A program made the translations under genes and the position numbers. A DNA stretch of 64,000 nt from Octopus vulgaris (Eukaryota), in NCBI GenBank assembly GCA_951406725.2, contig OX597815.1:15810001-15874000 (forward strand), read 5' to 3'. Under the pieces are notes generated by a model. That model was not told the origin of the DNA, did no database searches, and saw nothing but the letters and a program-made list of their open reading frames with translations. Below, in pieces: positions 27,926-40,569 of this stretch (position 1 is the first letter of the stretch; the number at the start of each line of letters is the position of its first letter).

Positions 27926-28407
27926 TACATACAACTTTCATACCTCACACTGATTCCTTGAAAACATTCACCGACTGAGTTGTATAATTTCATAAAAACT
28001 GTTATTTGTTTATCCCTTGAATAATTAACGCGATTAGGTAATAAAGTTGGATTTCTAATTAAAGGGAAGTAAGTGGATAGCATTGTAAATTTAGTTAATA
28101 ATATCGTAAGATTACATAAATTTAGTTAATATATTATTTGTAAAAGAAAATATATTTATGTATGAAATGACTGTTTGGAAGAGAGAGTAAAGACTTCTGC
28201 TCCTTGGAACTGTATAGTTTCCTGCCACCTCCACTCAGACATTTACAACCCATCTTCTCTCTTTTTGTTATCATTATTGGGTTCCTCCTAGACTCGGCCC
28301 TAATCACTATACTGTCTTTCCTTACTGGATGGTCGGCCCACTGGAATTCCCTCTGCCTAAAGTTGATTGGACTGAATTTTTTTTTAATCAAGAGAGAGCC
28401 TCTATAC

Positions 28408-28608
28408 CAGTGGTTTTCAATCAGGGTTCCGCCAGTACAGTCCAGGGGTTCCGCAAGAAGTTACAAAACTGCTAAAATCGGCAGTAATTTTTAATTCTCC
28501 TGTGCAGATATGTGTGCATAAGACCATTAAATTATTGCACAGGGGTTCCTCGAGCCAGTGGAATGTTTCCTTGGGGTTCCGCTCCAGCAAAAAGTTTGAA
28601 AAGCACTG
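28408..28608. mobile_element. hAT (Charlie-like) MITE, second copy
   Basis: Near-identical to 1391-1591; perfect 8-bp TSD CTCTATAC. Confidence 0.9.
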
Positions 28609-29157
28609 CTCTATACAGTTGATAAAACCTGCCCCCAAAATTCAAATTCTCTTCTCATGACACAAAACTAGTCAATTTTGTAAACTTTATTAAATTGAAT
28701 TTTGACGACAATCCCTGGTTTCGTTTTTCCTATTGACGTAGCCGTATAAATGAGTGGAACAGAAAAATTAACAATCGATTATCATGAAGTTCTTAAAACA
28801 TTTTGGGGGTAAGTTACATAGCGATTAAGATCAGTTACAGATTAAATAGATGAATGATGAATTAAGATTAAATTAGAAGATCTTACGTTGATTAAAATAA
28901 ATACAAAATAATTTTTAAGATACAGGAGGAAGAAGTTATTAAACAAAATTTTTAGGAGTTAATTAATTAGAATGAATAAAGGAAAACGAAGAAATTGTAG
29001 TTTATGATGCAATTACTTGAAAAAAGCAGGAAAGATGATGGTAAAATGAGCTGAAAACTTTATATTGAAAGGGTTTACATATTTAAGAGGAATATTATAA
29101 TATGAGTGGACAAGCGAAAGAAAAAGGAACTTAGCATATTTAGTAGGAGTTACAAGT

Positions 29158-29347
29158 ATTATTTAAAACAGTTTAATTCGGTGCCATGAGACTTAAAATT
29201 TCGTAGGTCTCTAATAGAAGCCCTCTCTTCCAGGCTTAGATTACTGGCTCCATGAAACTTAATTTAAGCCTGAAAGAGACGGGCTTTTTGTTAGAGGCTC
29301 GCAAAACTTCAAATCACATAGAGCCGAAACAAACTGTTTTAAGTAAT
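29158..29347. repeat. Long imperfect palindrome (foldback), ~86-bp arms, ~16-nt loop
   Basis: 29158-29243 is the approximate reverse complement of 29260-29347. Confidence 0.85.
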
Positions 29348-30855
29348 GAAATAATATTAATGTTGATGAAGATGCAATGACAATAATGCCTTTAAGCAGT
29401 AATATGCATGATTTACATTTTGATGTGTAAATACGCGTGAAATAGCAAGAGAGAATTGGGATATCTCATTAGCATTGGCTTACGATCATGATGCTGACAC
29501 CCTAAACACTAAGCCACGCACCTCCACAATAAGGGAATAACTAAGCAGAAATAGTCGGTAATTATAACAACTCGGTCATACAAGTACACTGTATATAAGA
29601 CGTATTGTTTTTATTTGTCGTGTATTTTCCTTATTTGGATCAAATCTCACTAAGGTTAACTTTCTGTTCATCCTTTCGAGGCCGATAAAAATAAAATACC
29701 AGTCAAGTATTAGAATGGATGATATCGATTTACTTCTTCCCCTCAAAATTTCCGACTTTGTGCCTGAATTTAAAAGCGGTGAGCTGGCAGAACCGTTAGC
29801 GCGCCGGGCGAAATGCTTTGCGGTATTTCGTCTGCCGCTACGTTCTGAGTTCAAATTCCGCCGAGGACGACTTTGCCTTTCATCCTTTCGGGGTCGATAA
29901 ATTAAGTACCAATTTCGCACTAGGGTCGATGTAATATCTTTGTGTCTCCTTGTTTGTCCCCTCTATGTTTAGCCCCTTGTGGGTAGTAAAGAAATATATA
30001 TAAACCACTTCTAATTAAATGACAATACAATCTTAAGAACAAGGATTAGGAAGGGAGATAACAGAGGATTTTAATTTATTATTAAATTGAGTTGTCTCCC
30101 TTACACTAAATATTTAGAAACATCTAATTTTAATTCACATTTTTTAGCCTATTATATCAAATATACTGAAACCTACATTACAACAAAAAAGATTTTATGA
30201 AACTGAATATGATTAATTATTGTAGTGCACCTGAGCACTATACACAATAATTACATTATTATTATTATAACTTTATTATCAATTCACTTATATTTCTATT
30301 TACTTCAGTTGACATATTTTTATTTATCTACCTATTCACCAGTAAGTTTATTCTTACTGTCTTTCTATCGCCAGATCTATCAACAAACTACATCTACGGA
30401 GCTATCTGAAAGCGAATTCATGAACTGATATTTAGCAGATGGTTACTGTTGCCTCTGTTATCAAATTTGATGAGAAGATTATAGTAAATGTAGAGTATCA
30501 ACCAGTAGTTTAGGAATAAATTGCCTCTGATTACAACGAACGATTTGTCTCTTCATACAAAATGCAAGCTCTATAAAACATGCGTCTGAAGTATGAGACT
30601 GCATGGTACTTAGACATGGGTATTGAATATCTGAAGTTGTGAGTTCAGATCTCAGGCTATTGAAGCTTACAGCTAAAATGAGGCTTCAATGAGACAAGTC
30701 ACGTGATGCTATTAAGTAGACCAGCATGGTGGTAGTGGTGAGGGCGAAAAACATAAATTAAAAACTATAATGATGATGATGAAACAATTTACCTGTATAT
30801 CCTTTGTATTGAACCTACTGCCTACTTGTCTACCTAATTTTTCAATTTCCCTATA

Positions 30856-30902
<47 letters not shown>

Positions 30903-30903
30903 C

Positions 30904-31887
30904 AAGACAGGATGCCCCTGGGAGCTCCTCTATGCTGATGACCTTGCTCTAATTGCTGAGTCATTATCAGAACTGGAGAAGAAGTTTCAGGTGTGGAAGC
31001 ATGGTTTAGAATCGAAGGGCCTTAGAGTCAACCTAGCTAAAACCAAAGTCCTAATAAGTAGGAAGGTAGACAAATCACAAACGCCTTCAGGTAGATGGCC
31101 CTGCTCGATCTGTAGAAAAGGTGTAGGTAGAAACTCTATAAGATGCACCAAGTGTAAGCTATGGACACATAAGAGGTGCAGCAATGTCATAGGAAGGCTA
31201 ACTAGGAAGATGGTTTTTGTATGTGGCAGATGCTCGGGAGCATTAACCTCTGAAAATCTGCAGAAAACAACTTCCATCACTTTCCAGGGGGAAAAACTAG
31301 AAGTAGTTGATAGCTTCCGTTATCTTGGTGACCAAGTCAGTAGTGGGGGTGGGTGTGCTGAAAGTGTAACGGCTAGAGTAAGAATAGCCTGGGCAAAGTT
31401 TAGGGAGCTCTTACCTCTGTTGGTGACTAAAGGCCTCTCGCTCAGAGTAAAAGGCAGACTGTATGATGCATGTGTACGAACAGCCATGCTACATGGCAGT
31501 GAAACATGGGCCGTGACTGCTGAGGACATGCGTAAGCTCGCGAGAAATGAAGCTAGTATGCTCCGTTGGATGTGTAATGTCAGTGTTCATAGTCGACAGA
31601 GTGTAAGTACCTTGAGAGAAAAGTTGGACCTAAGAGGAATCAGATGTTGTGTGCAAGAGAGACGATTGCGCTGGTATGGTCATGTGGTGAGAATGGATGA
31701 AGATAGGTGTGTGAAAAAGTGCCACACCCTGGCAGTTGAGGGGACCTGTGGAAGAGGTAGACCCAGGAAAACCTGGGTTGAGGTGGTGAAGCACGACCTT
31801 CGAACTCTAGGTCTCACCAAGGAAATGACCAGAGACCGAGACCTATGGAAGTATGCTGTGCGTGAGAAGACCCGGCAAGACCAGTGA
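30904..31887 (+). CDS. RTE reverse transcriptase C-terminal half with inserted PHD-type zinc finger (5'-truncated, TE-encoded)
   Basis: The frame of ORF 30991..31887 extends upstream in frame to 30904 to include YADD. C4-H-C3 motif at 31102-31233. Confidence 0.85.
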   Translation, partial: KTGCPWELLYADDLALIAESLSELEKKFQVWKHGLESKGLRVNLAKTKVLISRKVDKSQTPSGRWPCSICRKGVGRNSIRCTKCKLWTHKRCSNVIGRLTRKMVFVCGRCSGALTSENLQKTTSITFQGEKLEVVDSFRYLGDQVSSGGGCAESVTARVRIAWAKFRELLPLLVTKGLSLRVKGRLYDACVRTAMLHGSETWAVTAEDMRKLARNEASMLRWMCNVSVHSRQSVSTLREKLDLRGIRCCVQERRLRWYGHVVRMDEDRCVKKCHTLAVEGTCGRGRPRKTWVEVVKHDLRTLGLTKEMTRDRDLWKYAVREKTRQDQ

Positions 31888-31939
31888 GAACAATCAAAAT
31901 CAAATCATATATCAGAAAGCAGGGGTTAAGTGACCCATC

Positions 31940-32670
31940 TGTTCGTGTCCGCTGTCAGCCTCGTCTGGCACCCGTGCCGGTGATACGTAAAAGCACCATT
32001 CGCTCATGGCCGTTTGCCAGCTCTGCCTGGCCCCGTGTCGGTGGCACGTAAAAGCACCATCCGTTCGTGTTCGTTGCCAGCCTCGCCTGGCCCCGTGCCG
32101 GTGACACGTAAAAGCACCGTCCGTTCGTGGCCGTTGGCCAGCTCTGTCTGGCCCCGTGTCGGTGGCACGTAAAAGCACCATCCGTTCGTGTTCGTTGCCA
32201 GCCTCGCCTGGCCCCGTGCCGGCGACACGTAAAAGCACCGTCCGCTCGTGGCTGTTTCCAGCTCTGTCTGGCAACCGTGTCGGTGGCACGTAAAAGCACC
32301 ATCCGTTCGCGTCCGTTGCCAGCCTCGGCTGGCCCCCGTGCCGGTGACACGTAAAAGCACCGTCCGCTCGTGGCCGTTTGCCAGCTCTGTCTGGCAACCG
32401 TGTCGGTGGCACGTAAAAGCACCATCCGTTCGCGTCCGTTGCCAGCTTCGGCTGGCCCCCGTGCCGGTGACACGTAAAAGCACCGTCCGTTCGTGGCCGG
32501 TTGCCAGCTCTGTCTGGCCCCGTGTCGGTGGCACGTAAAAGCACCATCCGTTCGTGCCCGTTGCCAGCATCGCCTGGCCCCGTGCCGGTGACACGTAAAA
32601 GCACCATCGTTCGTGGCCGTTCGCCAGCTCTGTCTGGCACCTGTGCAGGTGGCACGTAAAAAACACCCAC
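31940..32670 (+). repeat. Tandem array of 12 x ~60-61 bp units (alternating A/B, ~121-bp dimer) in the RTE 3' UTR
   Basis: The core ...GTG(C/T)CGGTG(G/A)CACGTAAAAGCACC... recurs at about 31987, 32048, 32108, 32169, 32229, 32290, 32351, 32413, 32474, 32535, 32595 and 32655. Confidence 0.92.
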
Positions 32671-34699
32671 TACACTCGCGGAGTGGTTGGCGTTAGGAAG
32701 GGCATCCAGCCGTAGAAACACTGCCAGATCTGACTGGGCCTGACGAAGCCTTCCAGCTTCACAGACCCCAGTTGACCCGTCCAACCCATGCTAGCATGGA
32801 AAACGGACGCTAAACGATGATGATGATGATGATGATATGAGTCTAAAGATCTTGGGAGTCCTAATTGCATGCTATGTTTAGGGTTGTCATCATCATCATC
32901 ATCGTTTAACGTCCGCTTTCCATGCTAGCATGTGTTGGACGATTTAACTGAGCACTGGCAAACCAGATGGCTGCGCCAGGCTCTAATCTGATCTGGCAGA
33001 GTTTCTACAGCTGGATGCCCTTCCTAATGCCAACCACTCTGAGAGTGTAGTGGGTGCTTTTTACATTCCACCGGCACGAGGGCCTCTCAGGTGGTACTGG
33101 CAACGGCCACGCTCAAAAATGGTGTTTTTTACGTGCCATCTGCACAGGAGTCAGTCCAGCAGCACTGGCAACGACCTCGTTCGAATGTTTTGTTCACGTG
33201 CCACCGGCACAAGTGCCAGTGAGGCGACACTGACAACAATCACGCTCAAATGGTGCTCTTTACATGCCAGACAGCTGCTCTGGCAGTGATCCTGCTTGGA
33301 TGGAGCTGTTAGCGCTCCACTGGTACGGGTGCCAGTCATCGAATTTGGTTCAATTTTGATTTCACTTGCCCCAACAGGTCTTCGCAAGCAGAGTTTAGTG
33401 TCCAAAGAAGGAAAGGTATGCATAAGTGGGCTGGGTACATCCTGGTAAAGGCCATGGGTTATGGTCTCGGTTGTGTTGTATAATATTGTTTCCTTCATCT
33501 GTGTATGAATTGTCATTGTACAGTTGGAGAGGCAAGATTAGCATGACCTTATCAAAGGATATTTCTGAGGTCTCTCCTAATAAAGTTAGTGTGGGTTTAG
33601 TGCCAAGAGCATATGTCATACAATCTCATTAGGAGATGTTTTTGAAGTCTCTAGGTTGCAATAATAAAATATTGTTCCCATTCCTGTGAGTCCGCTAATT
33701 TATATGGCAAAGCAATAATCAGTACTGCATCAATAACAATATTTCAAGAACTTTAATTTCATTATGGAACTAATAATAATTAATAATTAATTTTATTATA
33801 ATTATAATCATAGCCAGCTGGAGAAGATGTTCTCCTGGGGCTACAAGCTACAGTAGCATCCACCCTTAGTGGTTGGCCACATTTAAGTGGCAAATATACT
33901 TCACATTGTCGAGCAGCTATTGTTTATACCTCGTTCAGAGATTTATTATTGGTTCATTATTCGTTAATTATTCAGAAATATACATATAGTAATAAAGAGG
34001 CATATGGCATAACAGTTACGAAGTTTGGCTCACAAGGTCATGGGTTCAATTCCTGGACTGGATGACACGTGGTGTCCTTCAGTAAGGTATATTATTTCAG
34101 TCAACTCTACTAAAAATAAGCAGAATGTTGGCAAAGCCCTCTCTATCTCCAACTGTCATATCTTCGATGTTCCTCTGGGTCAAGGCTAAGAGGACCAAAA
34201 CTGTATCTATGTCTGTTTGTAAAGCACCTAAAACAATTAGTGAAAGCTTGGTACATGCTACCAGGTCATGCTTGGTTGTTGGTGTTTTCTGTTTCCATCC
34301 TTTCATGTGAGTTGCAATGCACCTGAGCACTCTATAAAATATAAAATTATATTTTGGAATAATATATATTATGTACTCTGTTGTGTCTGGGGAGAGTCAT
34401 TTTCTTTTTGCGCCTTATTAGGTAACACACTCACCTGTAAAATTTCCACTTTTTTCTTATTTTTATTGTCCTAAAATTTTCGTTGTGTCTTGCAACCTTT
34501 TCAATAGTTTTGACTCCAAAAACGAAATATATTATGTAATATACTAGCATATGCATGTCACCTAACTGCCAATAGTTTTATTAATGATTGAAAACAGTGC
34601 ATTAAAACAATGAAGAAACCACTGAATAATGTCAGCAATAGAGTAAACATGTCTACAGAATTGAAGTATGTGAACTATCAGATACAGTTGCAATATCTC

Positions 34700-34975
34700 T
34701 ATTGAAAATATTATCATCCACCAGATGTGGTGTGCAAGAAAGACAATTGTGCTGGTATAGTCATGTGATATGTACGAACAAGGACAGCTCTGTAAAGAAG
34801 TGTCAGTTTCTGAATTTAGAGAGAACCTGTGGAAGAGGTAGACCCAGGAAGACATTGGACAAAGTGGAGAAGTATTATCTTCAAACATTGGGCCTGCCTC
34901 TTGGAGGCAATGACAAGTGACCAAGACCTCTGGCAATATGCTATGCTTGAGAAGACCTGTCAAGCCAAGTGAAAC
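34700..34975 (+). mobile_element. Older RTE LINE C-terminal fragment
   Basis: VQERQLCWYSHV...CGRGRPRKT; a similar fragment lies at ~25990-26230. Confidence 0.7.
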
Positions 34976-35659
34976 CATAGTTGTGGCCAATGCTGGTGTC
35001 GCATAGCATATTTCTTTATTGCCCACAAGGGGCTAAACATAGAGGGGACAAACAAAGACAGATAAAGGGATTGAGTCGATTCCATCGACCCCAGTGCATA
35101 ACTGGTACTTTATTTATCGACCCTGAAAGGATGAAAGGCAAAGTCGACCTCGGTGGAATTTGAATTCAGAATGTAACAGCAGACGAAATACCGCAAAGCA
35201 TTTTGCCCGGCACGCTAATGTTTCTGCCAGTGACATGTATAAAAAGCACCCTTCAAACGTTGGGCCTCATGGAGATGATAAGTGACTGAGACCTTTGGCG
35301 ATATGCCATGCTTGACAAAACTCATCAAGCCAAATGAAATCATGCCAATGTTACGTAACTGGTACCTGTACCAGTGGTATGTAAAAAGCACCCATTACAC
35401 TCATGGAATGGTTGGCATTAGGAAGGACATCCAGCCATAGAAACCATGCTAAACCCGACTGAAGTTTAGTGCAGCTCTCCCGCTTACTAGTTCCAGTCAG
35501 ACCGTTCAACCCATGCCAGCATGAAAAGCAGATGCTAAATGATGATAATGATATACTCTTTTACTTGTTTCAGTCATTTGACTGCAAAGCACTATTGACA
35601 CTATTTTCATAGACAGGCAACTGCAAAAGAAGTACTTAGCTAAGAATAAACCATTATAC

Positions 35660-36860
35660 TTGGCATTCGTTGATCTATAGAGAAAACCTTCAATAGAGTG
35701 CCCCACTGTGTTATATGGAGGGTTCTGGGAAGGCTAGCGATAGACAAGCGACTGGTGTAAGCTGTTCAGGCCATGTACAAAGACACTGTCAGTCAGGTGA
35801 GACTTAACCATGAGTACAGTGAAGAATTTGGTGTACAGGTAGGGGTTCATCAACCCTCAGTCCCCTCCTTCTCGTCATTGTTGTTCTTGCTATAACAGAG
35901 GAATTCAAGACTAGCAGTCCCTGGGAACTACTATATGCTGATAATCTTGCCCTCATAGTGGATTCCATAACAGAACTAGAAGAGAAATTCCAGAAGTGGA
36001 AGGAAAACCTGGAATCTAGAGGCCTTAAGGTTAACTTAGCAAAGACTGAGGTTCTAGTAATCAAGAAAAGAGACAGGACTCTAACCCAATCAGGCAGGCA
36101 GTCCTGTTCAATTTGTAGGTAAGGTGTAGGCAGGAACTCCATATGGTGTACCCAGTGTAAGCTATGGACACACAAGAGGTGCAGTGGATTAATGAGAAAG
36201 TTATCAGAGATGATAGTTTTTTGTATGTGGAAGATGCACATGGTCCATAAAAACTTTAGGGACTCAGGAAATTGATTCTCTCAAATGCCCTGGTGTTTCA
36301 TTAGAGGTAGTAGATAATTTCTACCTAAAAGACCAAATTAGTAGTTGGGGGAGGATGCATGGAGAGTGTGATAGCTAGAATAAGAAAAAGATGGAGGAAA
36401 TTCAGAGAGCTGTTACCTCTGTTGGCCACAAAAGGTTTCTCTCTCTAAGTGACAGGAAGATTGTATGATGCATGTATACAAAGAGTAATTCTACATAGTA
36501 GTGAGATATGGGCCCTGAATTCTGAGGACATACAAAGGTTAGAAAGGATGTGTAATGTAAGTGCACATGTTCTGCAGAGTAGCTAGTCTTTTGAGAGAGA
36601 AGTTAAACATAAGAAGAATTAGTTGCTGTGTGCAAGAGAGAAGACTGCATTGGTATGGTCATGTGATGGACATGGATCCCAACAGCTCCATAAAGAAGTG
36701 CCAATCTCTCAAAGTAGATGGAATATATGGAAGTGGAAGACATGGAATGAAGTACTGTAGAATAGCCTCAGGACGCTGAACCTTTCAGGCGAGATGATAA
36801 AGGACTGAGATGCCTGACATCTTGCTGTACTCAAGAAGACCCAATCTCCACAACAGAAGT
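35660..36860 (+). mobile_element. Decayed RTE LINE (RT region with PHD remnant)
   Basis: Degenerate matches to the 30904 copy: LLYADNL, GLKVNLAKT, CSIC..G.G.NSI.CTQCKLWTHKRC, ERRLHWYGHV; contains stops and frameshifts. Confidence 0.8.
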
Positions 36861-37427
36861 GTTAAGACCAGTCCCCCTGGTGTAAAGCACTCATGGTGGT
36901 GTCACGTAAAAGCTCTTGTGCAGTGTCACATAAAAGCACCCGGCACACTCTGTAAAGTGGTTGGTATTAGGAAGGGCATCCTGCCAAAGAAACCATACCG
37001 AGTCAGATTGGAGTCTAGTGCAGCTCCCCAATTTGATTAAATGTTCGAGATGTGATATGTTACATGGATGACCTTATATTTGTTTCTTCTGCAACCAGAG
37101 TTTACTATATATATATATATACACACACACACACATACACACATATATATGCACATACATACATTGTCATCATCATTTAATATCTATTTTCCATGCTGGC
37201 ATAGATTGGATAGTCTCACAGGAGCTGGCAATCCAGAGGACTGCACCTAGCTCCAATGACTACTGTGGCATTGAATCTAAGGCTAGATAGCCTTCCTAAT
37301 GCCAACCACTTTACAGAGAGTACAAGGAGCTTTCTACATAGCACCAGCACCGAGTGCCACCAAGTAACCTGCAGGACAAAAACCCTTCAATTGGGAGTGG
37401 GAGTAGTATTGAGAGAGGCGTCTTTTT

Positions 37428-37922
37428 AATAATAATGAAATTATTGTATACAGTGCTCAGGTGCACCACAACTTGTCAAAAGAGCGTATAAAGCGTATGC
37501 AGTAATGTACAAATGTCTGGGGAGTGAACAGTGTATGAGTCAGATACATGCTTGCATGTGTATAGAGGGGAGAAAACCAGGTGTAGTGTTGGTGAATCTC
37601 AGGAAGCATGGAAGTTTTGAAGGATGCAGTGCTCCGACAACTAACAACTGATGCCGGCAGTTTGTTCCATGCTTCAGCAACTCTTAGCATGAAAAAATAC
37701 TTCCGAAAGTCATGGAAAGAGCTGTGCTGTTTTCTGACTTTGTAAACATGTCCACGGGTGTTAGACAGGTGGAGTTTGAAAAGGTGCTCAGAGTTATTGT
37801 TAGTAAGATGGTTGATAAATTTATGGGTGTCTGCCAAGTCATCTGCCAGCCATCAGAGTTTCAATGTGTCCATGCCCAGGGAAGTAAGGCGTTCAGAATA
37901 TGGCAAATGCCTGATGGAGGGT
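37428..37922 (-). mobile_element. CR1-clade LINE 3' fragment
   Basis: ORF 37457..37837 contains TRGHVYKVRK...RVAEAWNKLPASVV. Confidence 0.85.
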
Positions 37923-38544
37923 ATTTTCTTCTCTTATGTTGGTTGATGAGAGGTTAATGTATAATAGAGGCATAGAGATTAGGTATCTTGCTGTTCAGGA
38001 GATAACCCAGGTGGAAAAGAAAGGAGAGAAAGAGAGTGAGAGAGTTAGAGAGAAAGAGAGACAGACAGAGAGAAAGTTGAAGAGACAGAGAGAGGGTTGG
38101 TGGTGGGGATGTCAGTGGGGGACTTACCTTCAAGACACAATGGAGGGTGAATATAAATGAAATGATACAGATGATTGAACAGGGTGAGTAGGCAGAGATA
38201 TAAAGGGAGATGTTTCATAAGATTGTAAGGAGAGATGAGACAGAGGTGACAGTAGCAAGTGAGGGTTCAAGGGGTGGGGTGCTATGTAAGTTATGTGAGT
38301 GCACTGAGAGTGACAGCAGATAAAAGGTGTAGCAGAGTGGAAAGAGCAAAAGCTGAAGGCATAGAAAGGAGGTGTTTGAGAGAAATAGGGGCCAGGGTAG
38401 ATAATGAAAACTGAAAGTGGTTTCAGGGGTGGGTGGAAGAAGGTTGCCAAAAGGGAGGGGACATAGTATGTGCCTATTCTGTTCTCAACAGCCATACATA
38501 AAGAAATGATGAGAGTTAGGGGATGAGATGGGGGGGGGGGGCTT

Positions 38545-39470
38545 GTAAGCAAGAATTCCATATGGTGTACCCGGTGCTAGCGGTGGGTACACAAGAGGTG
38601 CAGTGGAATTGCAACGAGGATAATAGAGAAAATAGTTTTTGTATGTGACAGAGGCACAGGTTCCATAAAATCTGAGGTCACATGGGAAATTGATTTACTG
38701 AAATGCCCAGGAGACTCCATAGAGGTAGTAGATAGTTTCTTTTAACTAGGTGACCCAATTAGCAGTGGAGGAGGATGTCTGAAAGTGTGGTTGCTAGAAG
38801 AATAGGATGGAGAACAATCAGATAGCTGTTACTTCTGTTGGCAAAAAAATGTCGTTCTCTGTGAGTGAAAGGCAGGTTGTATAATGCTTGTCTATGTACA
38901 GTAAATCTACATGGCAGTGAAACATGGGCCCTGAATGCAGAGGATATACAAAGATTAGAGAAGAATGAAGATAGTATGCTCTGCTGAATGTGCAATGTTA
39001 GTGTGCATGTATGGCAAGTGCAAATGTATTGAGAGAAAAGTTAGTCATAAGAGAACCAGATACAGTGTGCAAGAAAGAAGACTGCACTGGTTTAGCCATG
39101 TGATGCATATAGATGAGGACAGGTGCATAAATAAATACTGATCACTTAAAGTGGATGGAAATCACGGAAGGAGGAGACTCAAGAAGACAGGGCGGCGAGC
39201 TGGCAGAAACGTTAGGACGCCTGGCGAAATGCTTAGCTGTATTTCGCTTGTCTTTACATTCTGAGTTCTAATTCTGCCAAGGTCAACTTTGCCTTTCATC
39301 CTTTAGGGGTCGATAAATTAAGTACCTTGTTTGTCCCCTCTGTGTTTAGCCCCTTGTGGGCAATAAAGAAATAAGAAGACTTGGGACAAAGTACTGAAGG
39401 CTGATCAGAGGAGATGACAAAGGACTGAGATGATTGAGTTTTACTGTGCTCAAAAATATCTGTTCATTAC
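38545..39470 (+). mobile_element. Decayed RTE LINE fragment interrupted by a SINE at ~39191-39373
   Basis: HKRCSG, HGSETWAL, RRLHWFSHV and G..GRRR..KT motifs; the RTE sequence resumes after the SINE. Confidence 0.75.
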
Positions 39471-40569
39471 AGCAAAAATGATATCCTAAAATATTAGTTA
39501 TGCTTGTATATGTAAGACCCTGTGTCCCACTCGTCTCTCCCCTCTTTCTGACACATCAAGCATTACCCCACTCCCCTTTTCATTCCTCCCAAGTCTGTGG
39601 TACCTATTTCTTTATTACCCACAAGGGGCTAAACATAGAGGGGACAAACAAGGACATACATAGGTATTAAGTCGATTACATCGACCCTAGTGTGTAACTG
39701 GTACTTAATTTATCGACCCCGAAAGGATGAAAGGCAAAGTCGACCTTGGCGGAATTTGAACTCACAATGTAACGACAGACGAAATACCGCTAAGCATTTC
39801 GCCCGGTGTGCTAACGTTTCTGCCAGCTCGCCACCTTAGCTGTTATGCTCACCTGAGAGCAGAATCAGCACATATTACATCCCATCCTATCCCTAGTGGT
39901 CTCGCCCCATCTCTGAACTACTTTATCATTTTTGCCCACTCTATTTCCAGCAATCACCTCATTTCAGTGCCTTTAGCCACTGCTCTCTCCCTTCCCATCA
40001 GCTATACTCTATCCTTAACAACTTCCTTACCTGCTATCATTATCAATGCCCTCTAATATCTACCATCATGACCCACCTTATTATATCTCTATATCTGCCT
40101 TCCCACTGATCTTACATTTTGCATATCATCCCACTACTTTCTGTTCTATTTTTCCTGAGCCACTCCGATATTTCCTACCTTATCCCTCTAACAAACTGGT
40201 ATTTACCATCATCTGCACCCACCCCCCTTGTTCATCACTCACTACATTAACCCTTACCCCCACCGCACACTCTTATGAAAACATCCACTCTTTCATCCCC
40301 TCCTATGATACACTGTCTGTATTCTCTCTTATGCTCATCTTGTTCCCTGAGAGTTTGCCCTAGCACTCTACCACTATCTTCCTTTAATCTCCTTCAGCCA
40401 TGTATAGAGGGACAGGCACCCCTGTGCCTGTCCATCTACCACACTTAAACCTTTCATCACCTAACAGAAAGCCAACAACCTCCATTTTGCCTACCAAATA
40501 CTTCTTCTTAGTAGTGGGAGCTTTTTCTTTTTCCTTTTGTCTTGCAAGCTACTCTACAACCTCACTGAA

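Larger units (their letters stand above)
30904..32835 (+). mobile_element. Young, 5'-truncated RTE-clade non-LTR retrotransposon (LINE)
   Basis: Begins right after a (TA)n tract. Uninterrupted frame 30904-31887: PWELLYADDLALIA (RT catalytic YADD), GLRVNLAKTK, FRYLG, MLHGSETW, RRLRWYGHVVRM, GRGRPRKTW (RTE C-terminus). Followed by a 3' UTR with a tandem array and a (GAT)n tail. Confidence 0.93.

Noticed and set aside
31940-32670. CRISPR-like array (palindromic repeat plus spacers)
   Set aside because: The spacers are themselves repeated A/B variants, there are no cas genes, the DNA is eukaryotic, and the array lies in a LINE 3' UTR.
31912-32784. Long minus-strand ORFs (290, 220 and 172 aa)
   Set aside because: They are open only because the tandem unit lacks stops; antisense to a LINE UTR with no domain signature.
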